The notes below the pieces were generated by a model that saw only the letters and a list, made by a program, of their open reading frames with translations, ran no database searches and was not told where the DNA came from. Made by a program: the position numbers and the translations under genes. Positions 36,635 to 44,795 of a stretch of DNA of 64,000 bases are shown here, one piece after another (the stretch's first letter is position 1; each line of letters begins with the position of its first letter). The stretch comes from Candidatus Woesebacteria bacterium (GTDB taxonomy: Bacteria > Patescibacteriota > Microgenomatia > UBA8517), in contig JAFGPD010000042.1 in assembly GCA_016926185.1 (NCBI GenBank), forward strand, positions 1,985 to 65,984. Reading direction: 5' to 3'.

Positions 36635-37096
36635 TCAATACTTTTTTTGAGAGAAATAAACTTCGCTGGTTATGGCCAGTCCCAGGATAAGAATTACGTT
36701 TATTATGTTTCCTATTCCAAAATATCTTAGTACAAGAAATATCGATATTGAAATGGTAGTCAGAAGTGCTCTTCTTGTGTTTTTAAAAATCAATTTAAAT
36801 GTTAAAACCAGCGACAAAAAGATCGAAATAAAAAATATTTGGATGGAACCACTTTGTAACGGGTCGACAAAGAGTATTATATAAAAAGTAAATACCCAGG
36901 AAACAGCTGTGATGATTACTGATGGAATAAAATTCTTTCTTCTTTTTACCTCCTTTTCTCTTAACTTTTTCTTTTTGCTACTTCTAATATTTTGAAAAAG
37001 CCTTTTTTTGATCCGCCTTCTTTTTATGGGTTTGCGGGAATCTTTTGTTTTTTTTGATCTAATACTTTTTATTTTAAAAGGTTTTAATAGCTTCAT
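36635..37096 (-). CDS. Hypothetical membrane protein with a basic N-terminus
   Basis: K/R-rich head followed by about four TM helices. Confidence 0.55.
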   Translation of the reverse strand: MKLLKPFKIKSIRSKKTKDSRKPIKRRRIKKRLFQNIRSSKKKKLREKEVKRRKNFIPSVIITAVSWVFTFYIILFVDPLQSGSIQIFFISIFLSLVLTFKLIFKNTRRALLTTISISIFLVLRYFGIGNIINVILILGLAITSEVYFSQKKY

Positions 37097-37134
37097 ACTG
37101 TCTATATATTAGCCTAATTGAATGTTAAAATGAT

Positions 37135-38133
37135 ATGAATATTAATAATATGGATACTGCTATTATACTTTTAATTGTTGCAGGAGTTGTGATTATTGTC
37201 GGTTTGTATTTAGATAGAAAAATTTCAAAGCTTTCAGAAAAACAAAAACCGTCAGATGAACTGCTGGAATACCTTAGGACCACAAACTCCCGTCTAGATG
37301 AGCAGAACAAGCAATTCACCGACGCTCTTCATAATTCGACGAAAACACTAAATGAAAGGTTAGATAATGCAGCTAAAGTGATCGGTGCAGTCCAGAAAAA
37401 TATTGGTGAGATGAGCGAGATAGGACGGGGGATGAAGGAACTTCAGCAGTTTTTACAGTCGCCGAAACTAAGGGGAAATATCGGCGAGCAGGTTCTTAAA
37501 GATCTTATTAGCCAGATGTTTCCTAAAAGCTCCTTCCACCTGCAGTACCAATTCAAGTCGGGCAATAAGGTTGATGCAGCGATAAATACCGCTGCAGGAA
37601 TACTTCCTATAGATTCAAAGTTTCCGATGGAAAACTTCCAAAAGATGAGCAAGGCTGAAAGTAAAAGTGAAGTAAGTTCTTTTAGACATGAGTTCAAAAA
37701 AGATATCAGAAAACACATCAAAGATATCAGCAAAAAATATATTCTGCCGGAGGAAGGAACGATGGATTTTGCGCTGATGTATATACCGAGTGAGCCTGTT
37801 TATTATGAGGTTGTTAACTCTACAGAACTTTTGGAGCTTGCCCAAAAACAAAGAGTGTATCCGGTCTCTCCCACAACTTTATATGCGCATCTTCAGACGA
37901 TCCTGCTTTCTTTTGAGGGACAAAAGATCGAAAGTCAGGCAAAGAAAGTCTTTGCAATGCTTCGTGCTATACGAAAAGATTACGGAAAGGTTGAAGATGA
38001 TATGTCAACGCTACAGTCACATATTGGCAGAGCCTACAACAAAATGAGTGATGTTGTAACATCTTTCACTCAGCTTGGTCAAAAGATATCCTCAACACAA
38101 AGCTTGGGAGAGGGCACAAAAGAAAAAGTATAA
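37135..38133 (+). CDS. rmuC: DNA recombination protein RmuC
   Basis: TM plus coiled coil; PKLRGNIGE, PIDSKFP, KYI.P..GT.DFALMYIPSE and SPTTL. Confidence 0.92.
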   Translation: MNINNMDTAIILLIVAGVVIIVGLYLDRKISKLSEKQKPSDELLEYLRTTNSRLDEQNKQFTDALHNSTKTLNERLDNAAKVIGAVQKNIGEMSEIGRGMKELQQFLQSPKLRGNIGEQVLKDLISQMFPKSSFHLQYQFKSGNKVDAAINTAAGILPIDSKFPMENFQKMSKAESKSEVSSFRHEFKKDIRKHIKDISKKYILPEEGTMDFALMYIPSEPVYYEVVNSTELLELAQKQRVYPVSPTTLYAHLQTILLSFEGQKIESQAKKVFAMLRAIRKDYGKVEDDMSTLQSHIGRAYNKMSDVVTSFTQLGQKISSTQSLGEGTKEKV

Positions 38134-38135
38134 GT

Positions 38136-38741
38136 TTGATGATGATTATGGATTTATCAAAAATTGAAACACATCTTCAAAAAGTAATTTATCCTGAATT
38201 AGAAAAAGGTCGGCCCGATTGGGACAAGCCTCACACAGAAGCTGTTGTTTATCACATGAGGCACTTGATGTCTAATATTGAAAAAGCCATAAACAAAGAA
38301 GTTTTGTTAATAGCAGCTTATGCACACGATTGGGGCTACGTAGATCTTTTCGAGGAAGGAAAACCATTAAGTAACAAAGATATCTCCGGTTCAAAAACTG
38401 AACACATGATAAAAGGTGCTGAAAAAGTAAAGGAACTCCTGGAAGATAATTTTTTTAATTTTTTGACTGAAAAGCAAAAACAAAGAATTTCCCATCTTGT
38501 TTTTGTACACGACAAGCTTGATTTACTCAAAAAAACTGACGAACTTCTTCTAATGGAAGCAGATACATTGGGAGGACTAGACGTAAATTTCATAAAGCCG
38601 ACCTTCGATGAAAAGTCCAATGAAAGATACATGCAGGAAGTTAAGAGAAAGAGATTTAAGCTTTTTATTTCTAAATACGGAAAGAAGCAATTTCAAACTT
38701 TATATAAACTGCGTGAAAATTATTATAAAGACAATCGCTAA
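38136..38741 (+). CDS. HD-domain phosphohydrolase
   Basis: H..(PHT)..AYAHDWG..H..H..EAD pattern; exact start uncertain. Confidence 0.82.
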   Translation: MMMIMDLSKIETHLQKVIYPELEKGRPDWDKPHTEAVVYHMRHLMSNIEKAINKEVLLIAAYAHDWGYVDLFEEGKPLSNKDISGSKTEHMIKGAEKVKELLEDNFFNFLTEKQKQRISHLVFVHDKLDLLKKTDELLLMEADTLGGLDVNFIKPTFDEKSNERYMQEVKRKRFKLFISKYGKKQFQTLYKLRENYYKDNR

Positions 38742-38769
38742 TTCTATAACGTGTTAGAATTACTTCACT

Positions 38770-41700
38770 GTGGATAAAAAATTAAACAAAGAGCAGCTAA
38801 AAGCAGTAAAGCACAAGAAAGGACCACTTCTTATTATTGCCGGAGCAGGAACTGGGAAGACTACTGTAATTACTGAACGTATTAAACATATCATTGAGAA
38901 AGAGTTGGCGAAAACTGATGAAATTCTAGCGTTGACCTTTACTGACAAGGCTGCAAGAGAAATGGAAGAGCGTGTTGATATGGCTCTGCCCTACGGTTAC
39001 ACCCAAATGTGGATTTCTACATTTCATTCGTTTTGCGACCAGATCTTAAGATCTGACGCTTTCCACATTGGGCTTAATTCAAGATATAAACTTATGACCC
39101 AAGCGCAAACTATTCAGCTTATACGGAACAATCTTTTTAACTTTAAACTTAAATATTTTCGGCCTTTAGGAAATCCAACAAAGTTTGTTGGGGGAATGCT
39201 GCAGCACTTCTCACGGCTTCAGGATGAAGATGTGTCGCCGGAAGAATACTTGAAGTGGGTGAAAGGTCAAAAGAAATCCTACTCCGCCAAGGCTTCGCAG
39301 GATGACTCAGCTGATTCAAGAATTTTATCAGCAGAGTCAAAATCGAGCAAAGAGGAAGAGTTGGAGCTTGAGAAGTGGACTGAGTTGGCAAATGCCTATA
39401 AAGCATATGATGAGCTGAAAGTAAAAGAAGGACTTTTTGATTATGGGGACCTAATTGTAAAAACCTTAGAGCTTTTCAGAAACAGGCCAAATATTTTGAA
39501 AAAATATAAAGACCAATTCAAGTACATTTTAGTTGATGAGTTTCAGGATACCAATATCGCCCAGAATGATCTTGTCATGATGCTTGCCGGTAAGAACGGC
39601 AACATCACAGTCGTTGCTGATGACGACCAGAGTATTTATAAGTGGCGTGGAGCTGCGGTAAGTAATGTTTTGCAATTCAGGGAAAATTATCCGAAGGCAA
39701 AGCTCATTACTTTGACAAAAAATTATCGCAGCGGGCAAAAAATATTGGACGGATCTTACAAGCTTATCCAACACAATAACCCTGATAGGTTAGAGCAGGT
39801 AGAGAATATTGATAAAAAGCTCGAATCACAAGTAAGTCCCGCTTCGCGTAAAGCTTCGCGGGATGACTCTATCACTTTTATACATAGCGATAGAGTTGAA
39901 AACGAAGCAGATGCGGTAGCAAAAGAAGTAAAAAGATTGATAGAGGAAGAGGATTTTAATTGGTCGGATATAGCAGTATTGGTGAGGGCCAACAATCACG
40001 CTGACAGTTTTATCAGGTCGTTCCAAAGGCGCGGTGTTCCTTATCAGTTTTTGGGTCCAGGAAGACTTTTCAAGCAGCTCGAGGTGATAGATATGATCAG
40101 CTATTTAAAGGTTTTGTATAACTTTGAGGATGACGTTTCTTTATATCGGCTTTTATCAATTGAAGAGTTGGGAGTAGATCATAAGGATCTTTCAAGAGTT
40201 GCCAATTATGCAAGAAAATATAATTTAAGCATTTATGATGCCATTAAAAAATCGAAGGATATCTTTATAAAGGGGGGGACAAGAAAAAAACTTAAAAAGA
40301 TAATCAAAATCATTGATAAACACTTAAAGTTTGTAAGAAAAGAATCTGCCGGACAGCTTCTTTACGACTTTTTGGAAGAATCAGAGCTTTTGGTAGAACT
40401 TCTTAATCCGGATACTGCTGTTGCACAAAAGAGGGCTAAAAATATAAGCAAATTCTTTGACAAGTTAAAAACCTATGAAGTTGATAATGAGGATGCAACA
40501 GTTATGAGTGTTGTTGACTGGATCGATCTTTCCATGGACCTTGGTGAGTCTCCTTTGGCTGCAGATATTGATTGGAGTGAAATAAACGCTGTAAATATCT
40601 TGACGGTTCACTCAGCTAAGGGTCTTGAGTTTCCGGTAGTGTTTCTGGTTAATCTTGTAGGTGAGCGTTTTCCCAGCAGACGCAGAAGTGAGCAGATACC
40701 TATTCCTGACGAGCTTATAAAAGAGAGTTTACCTTCGGGCGATCATCATCTGCAGGAAGAAAGAAGGCTTTTTTATGTTGCTATGACACGAGCAAAAGAA
40801 AAACTTTTTTTCACTGCGGCAAATTATTATGGTGAAGGAAAAAGAGAAAAGAAATTATCACCTTTTATTTTTGAGGCGTTGGGGGATAAGGTAATACAGA
40901 GTGAGTCCTCCTTCGCTAAAGCTACGGAGGACAGGCAATTGTCGTTTTTGGATTATAAGCCATCGAATATTGACCCATCAACTATGGTCAAATCAGAAGT
41001 TCAGGATTTGCACATTGATTATTTGTCATATTCTCAGATCGATGTTTTTCGGGTATGCCCGCTTCATTATAAGCTGAAATATATTTTCAATGTTCCGACT
41101 CCGCCCACATCTGCGCTGTCTTTTGGAATGACAATGCACGCAACGATGAAGGATTTTTACGAAGCAGCAGTGGCGGGAGAAAAAGCTACTGTTGATACAC
41201 TTTTGAAAACTTATGAGAAAAATTGGAGGCGAGAAGGGTATGTCAGTCGCGCATACGAAAAGAAAATGCACACAAGGGGTATAAAGTATCTGAAAGGATT
41301 TTACAAAGAGAGTTTTGATAAAAAGAATCTTCCGAAAGCATTGGAGCTGCCTTTTGTAGTACCACTTAAAAGTCCAAGTAAGAATGCAAGACCACTTAAA
41401 ATTGGTGGGAAAATGGACAGAGTTGATGTTTTATCTGACGGGACTGTTGAAATAGTCGATTATAAAACCGGGGAAAAAGTGCCAACGCAAAAACAGGCCG
41501 ACAATGACCTGCAGCTGACATTTTATGCTCTTGCAGCATCAAAACTCACTGGCGAGATTTTTGACGTTGACTTAAAAAAACTTAAGATGTCATTTTATTA
41601 TTTCGAGGAGCAGGTTAAAGTAACCACCCAAAGAACACAAAAACAGCTTGATCAGACAGAAAAAGAGATCTTTGAGTGGAGAGAAAAGATCGAGACAAGT

Positions 41701-41772
41701 GACTTTAAATGTTCAAAACACATGTTTTGTGACAACTGCGAATACAAACTCTTCTGTGCGGCGGATGAATAG
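38770..41772 (+). CDS. UvrD/REP-family helicase fused to a C-terminal PD-(D/E)XK nuclease with a Cys cluster
   Basis: Helicase motifs AGAGTGKT, LVDEFQD, NYRS, HSAKGLEF and EERRLFYVAMTRA; nuclease GKMDRVD..IVDYKTG; CP plus C-terminal CxxC..C. Confidence 0.92.
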   Translation: MDKKLNKEQLKAVKHKKGPLLIIAGAGTGKTTVITERIKHIIEKELAKTDEILALTFTDKAAREMEERVDMALPYGYTQMWISTFHSFCDQILRSDAFHIGLNSRYKLMTQAQTIQLIRNNLFNFKLKYFRPLGNPTKFVGGMLQHFSRLQDEDVSPEEYLKWVKGQKKSYSAKASQDDSADSRILSAESKSSKEEELELEKWTELANAYKAYDELKVKEGLFDYGDLIVKTLELFRNRPNILKKYKDQFKYILVDEFQDTNIAQNDLVMMLAGKNGNITVVADDDQSIYKWRGAAVSNVLQFRENYPKAKLITLTKNYRSGQKILDGSYKLIQHNNPDRLEQVENIDKKLESQVSPASRKASRDDSITFIHSDRVENEADAVAKEVKRLIEEEDFNWSDIAVLVRANNHADSFIRSFQRRGVPYQFLGPGRLFKQLEVIDMISYLKVLYNFEDDVSLYRLLSIEELGVDHKDLSRVANYARKYNLSIYDAIKKSKDIFIKGGTRKKLKKIIKIIDKHLKFVRKESAGQLLYDFLEESELLVELLNPDTAVAQKRAKNISKFFDKLKTYEVDNEDATVMSVVDWIDLSMDLGESPLAADIDWSEINAVNILTVHSAKGLEFPVVFLVNLVGERFPSRRRSEQIPIPDELIKESLPSGDHHLQEERRLFYVAMTRAKEKLFFTAANYYGEGKREKKLSPFIFEALGDKVIQSESSFAKATEDRQLSFLDYKPSNIDPSTMVKSEVQDLHIDYLSYSQIDVFRVCPLHYKLKYIFNVPTPPTSALSFGMTMHATMKDFYEAAVAGEKATVDTLLKTYEKNWRREGYVSRAYEKKMHTRGIKYLKGFYKESFDKKNLPKALELPFVVPLKSPSKNARPLKIGGKMDRVDVLSDGTVEIVDYKTGEKVPTQKQADNDLQLTFYALAASKLTGEIFDVDLKKLKMSFYYFEEQVKVTTQRTQKQLDQTEKEIFEWREKIETSDFKCSKHMFCDNCEYKLFCAADE
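39276..39338. repeat. In-frame compound palindromic insertion (28-bp family copy plus a second hairpin)
   Basis: ATCCTAC TCC GCC AA GGC TTC GCAGGAT (39276-39303), then GACTCAGCTGAT-N11-ATCAGCAGAGTC (39304-39338); encodes SYSAKASQDDSADSRILSAES. Confidence 0.7.
39836..39864. repeat. In-frame palindromic element (28-bp family)
   Basis: GTCCCGC TTC GCGTAAAGC TTC GCGGGAT; encodes SPASRKASRD. Confidence 0.72.
40905..40932. repeat. In-frame palindromic element (28-bp family)
   Basis: GTCCTCC TTC GCT AA AGC TAC GGAGGAC; encodes SSFAKATED. Confidence 0.78.
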
Positions 41773-41815
41773 TTGAAAACTTGTTTTCTAAAGTCAATTT
41801 AGAATATATACTTAA

Positions 41816-42049
41816 ATGATGTTAATAGTTAATGTTTTTGGATGGTTGGGAATGCTTCTCATATTGACTGCTTATTATTTGAATTCGGTCGGTAGGGTCA
41901 AGTCAAATTCAAAAAATTACCACCTTCTTAATCTTTTTGGTGCATTAGGTATTATTGTGAACACCTATTCTAATCAAGCTTGGCCGGCGATGACACTAAA
42001 TATTTTTTGGCTTTTAATAGCTGCAGTTTCTCTTCTTAAGAAAAAGTAG
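41816..42049 (+). CDS. Small membrane protein (CBU_0592-like)
   Basis: GWLG..LILTAY, YHLLNLFGA and AWPAMTLN; three TM helices. Confidence 0.72.
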   Translation: MMLIVNVFGWLGMLLILTAYYLNSVGRVKSNSKNYHLLNLFGALGIIVNTYSNQAWPAMTLNIFWLLIAAVSLLKKK

Positions 42050-42070
42050 TAATTTTGTGTAAAATTAGCT

Positions 42071-42613
42071 ATGAATATTATTTTCAGATACAGCGGGTTT
42101 TTTGTGGTCTTCTTCTCTTGGATCATGGTCATTTTGCCATACTTCCTTTCAAAACACAAAAAGAAAATTGAGGCTTTAAGTGATGTTGGCGCTCTACCAA
42201 AGATTGGTTTTGCTACCAATATTGGAGTAATGCTTGTTTCAATTTCTCAGTTTGTCTTTTGGATTTATATTTCTTCGATACATCCAGAGACAAATATTCT
42301 AAGATCTGTATTGATTCTTTTTTATGCCTCCTTCCATCTTTTGCTGGCTGGTATTGTTCACGTTGAAATAGATAAGTTTTTGCACGATATACTTATTAAA
42401 ATATATTTTATATTCTCGCTTGCAGGAGCGTATCTTTTAAGCGACGCGTTTTCTGTTATCAGTCTGGAAATTTCAAATATTTTAGAGTTTGTTATCTTAA
42501 TAAGTGGTTTGGGGTCTATTGTGTTGTATTATAAAAAAACAATTTTTGCAGAACTATGGCACATAACACTTTCCTCTATCTGGATAGTGATTATTTACCT
42601 TAGTATTCTTTAA
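42071..42613 (+). CDS. Multi-pass membrane protein (DUF998-like)
   Basis: ALSDVGA motif, conserved His and about six TM helices. Confidence 0.55.
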   Translation: MNIIFRYSGFFVVFFSWIMVILPYFLSKHKKKIEALSDVGALPKIGFATNIGVMLVSISQFVFWIYISSIHPETNILRSVLILFYASFHLLLAGIVHVEIDKFLHDILIKIYFIFSLAGAYLLSDAFSVISLEISNILEFVILISGLGSIVLYYKKTIFAELWHITLSSIWIVIIYLSIL

Positions 42614-42643
42614 TCGACTCTCGCCCCGCTGAAAAGGATGTTT

Positions 42644-43099
42644 TTAGAATTTGCTTAGTAGCCATACCTTGGAGAGGTAGATGGAAAATACTAAAGCTAT
42701 CACGCTGATGCATTGATTGGTGATTTGGTAGGCAAACCAAATTGATTCGTTTTGGAAAATCTTATACCCGCACAACTTTTCAGGTGGCTCGCGATTAACT
42801 TTTGAAAACTGCTGACTGAGCCAATATATTGTTTCTCCAAAGCTTCTCACAACCCAAAAAAGTGACAAGATGAGAAGAAACAATATCCAATCATTTAATA
42901 AAATTGAGGTAAAAGTGACTAAAAACCAAAAGGCTCCAAAAACTACTGCATCTCCCCAAACGTAAATTCCAAACAGAAATAAATATGGAGTAGCTCCAAA
43001 AGCGTTTTTTTTGATCTTAGTTTCTCTAAAACCTTTTATGAAAAAGAAAAGACTTAAAACACCATAAGTGAAAAGGACTATTGTATTCCAATTTTTCAT
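42644..43099 (-). CDS. Hypothetical membrane protein
   Basis: Four TM helices; -10-like hexamer 7 nt upstream. Confidence 0.65.
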   Translation of the reverse strand: MKNWNTIVLFTYGVLSLFFFIKGFRETKIKKNAFGATPYLFLFGIYVWGDAVVFGAFWFLVTFTSILLNDWILFLLILSLFWVVRSFGETIYWLSQQFSKVNREPPEKLCGYKIFQNESIWFAYQITNQCISVIALVFSIYLSKVWLLSKF

Positions 43100-43126
43100 G
43101 ACCTTTATATTATCACGTCGTGAATG

Positions 43127-44185
43127 TTAAAAACTGTATTTTGTAAGACCTAGGTTTGCCTTTGTCCGAAGGAGTGACCAGCGGACGCTATCCGCAATCC
43201 TGAAAAAATAATATAGCGGCTTGTTGACAATAAGATCCCAAGTACCCAGATATTCTACTACCTTTGGGTTGAAGCCCTCCTTGAATTTTGTGAATCCTTT
43301 TCCCGGTTCGCGTCCCCAGAGGTCAAATCTTTTAAGTTCCAGTTTTTTGCCAAATCGAATTGCTTCCCACATCATCAGAGAATTTGCCTGTACATTTTTA
43401 TGTTCCATGCTGGATGCACCATAAGGGTAATAAAGCATATCTTTCCAAACAAAAAGGATCCAGGTTGTGATGATCTTACCCTTATATTTTGCTGTTAGTA
43501 GATGGGCGATTGGCCTCCGACTCGGATGATCCCCCGGCTCGGAGAGTTTTTGGTTTTTGGTGTTTGGTGTTTGATGAAGGTGTTGCCACATCAGGCGGTG
43601 ATAATTTTCGTTGTGGGCAAAAAATCCTTGTCGCTCAACAGTTTTTCTGGTCAGCTCAAGATATTTTTTAAAAGCTTTATCGGAGTTATTTTCAACTACC
43701 TTAATCCCTTTTCTTTTTGCATAACGGATGTTGTATCGAGTTTTGTGATGAAAAGATTTTAAAAGCTCCTCTTCCGATTTTGTCAGGTCAATTTGAAAGG
43801 ATGAGGGAGTAAATAGGGTTTTACCAGCAACACAACCATTGTCTCTCAAAAACTTTTCCAGCTTTCTGCGAGATTGTTTGGTTTTCTTTTCTTCTTTCTT
43901 CCCATTTACTAATTGCCAACTACTAACTACTAAATTGGGCTCAAGTTTAATGAATATTAAATTATTTTCTTTTGCAATCTTTTTAAGATCGCTCAACATC
44001 TTCTTTGTCGGTTCTGGTCCGCGAATGAACATACCGATTTTGTACTTGGTTAGTGGGATTTTATGGATGGTGATGATCCCGTACTCTGTTTCCAATATTT
44101 CATTCCCCCAATCTTTTCTAAAATCCGCCCAATAAGAACTTTGCAAAGGATGTGTTGCGATCCCGTTTAATTCAGCTTTGTCCAT
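43127..44185 (-). CDS. FemAB/FemX-family peptidoglycan bridge aminoacyltransferase
   Basis: Motifs HPLQS..W, IKLEP, IDLTKSEEEL, KTRYNIR, YYPYGAS, FDLWG and FKEGF. Confidence 0.9.
   Translation of the reverse strand: MDKAELNGIATHPLQSSYWADFRKDWGNEILETEYGIITIHKIPLTKYKIGMFIRGPEPTKKMLSDLKKIAKENNLIFIKLEPNLVVSSWQLVNGKKEEKKTKQSRRKLEKFLRDNGCVAGKTLFTPSSFQIDLTKSEEELLKSFHHKTRYNIRYAKRKGIKVVENNSDKAFKKYLELTRKTVERQGFFAHNENYHRLMWQHLHQTPNTKNQKLSEPGDHPSRRPIAHLLTAKYKGKIITTWILFVWKDMLYYPYGASSMEHKNVQANSLMMWEAIRFGKKLELKRFDLWGREPGKGFTKFKEGFNPKVVEYLGTWDLIVNKPLYYFFRIADSVRWSLLRTKANLGLTKYSF
43515..43573. repeat. In-frame hairpin plus four heptamer repeats inside the FemX-like gene
   Basis: CTCCGACTCGG-N8-CCGGCTCGGAG (43515-43544) and GTTTTTG x2, GTGTTTG x2 (43546-43573). 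Confidence 0.7.
43906..43933. repeat. In-frame degenerate heptamer tandem repeat
   Basis: TTACTAA TTGCCAA CTACTAA CTACTAA; encodes LVVSSWQLV. Confidence 0.55.
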
Positions 44186-44329
44186 AAAGCTATTATATCA
44201 GTGAGTGATTTAAATTGGTTCTTTATATTTTTTTATAAAATAATAATAAAACCCAAAACGCCATCGGGGTCGGAGATGTCTGATTAAATATTTTCTATTT
44301 CTTTGTGCTGAGAAGAGATTATGAGATGT

Positions 44330-44683
44330 TTAACTATTACTTTCTAATTCTTTCAGTTTATCCTCAAGTTGTTTTAAATGTTTCTCAGAAGTATCATCAG
44401 GGTTTGGCGTAGAAAGATCTATTTTAAGATATTTAATGAATTCTTTTATATCCTCTATGTTATTATGTCCTTTATTTACTGCCCATGAGCCGAAATATCC
44501 TGCTTGACCTATGCATAGAGATCTTGATCTCTCATCTTCTGAGGTTTCATACATTTTGTAGTAATGATGTGCTAATTTTACTAAGTCATCAGTGTTTGCT
44601 TTTGGGGGATTGGACTGAATCTTGTTTTTCAGTATTATCATCTCCTCCTTTTCTTTTAAAAACTCTTCTTGTACTTGTGTCAT
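44330..44683 (-). CDS. Hypothetical protein
   Basis: 117-aa ORF with an extended -10 (TGATAAAAT) 6 nt upstream. Confidence 0.6.
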   Translation of the reverse strand: MTQVQEEFLKEKEEMIILKNKIQSNPPKANTDDLVKLAHHYYKMYETSEDERSRSLCIGQAGYFGSWAVNKGHNNIEDIKEFIKYLKIDLSTPNPDDTSEKHLKQLEDKLKELESNS

Positions 44684-44795
44684 TGATATATTTTATCATG
44701 AAAACATTTTTACCTCACGAGCAAGATATTAAGAGAAGAAAATATCTACAACTGCATTAGTCGGAATAGTAATTTTTATGATTTACATACTAAGT

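Noticed and set aside
41816-44683. Cluster of small hypothetical genes as a genomic island or prophage remnant
   Set aside because: No integrase, transposase, phage gene or flanking direct repeats are visible.
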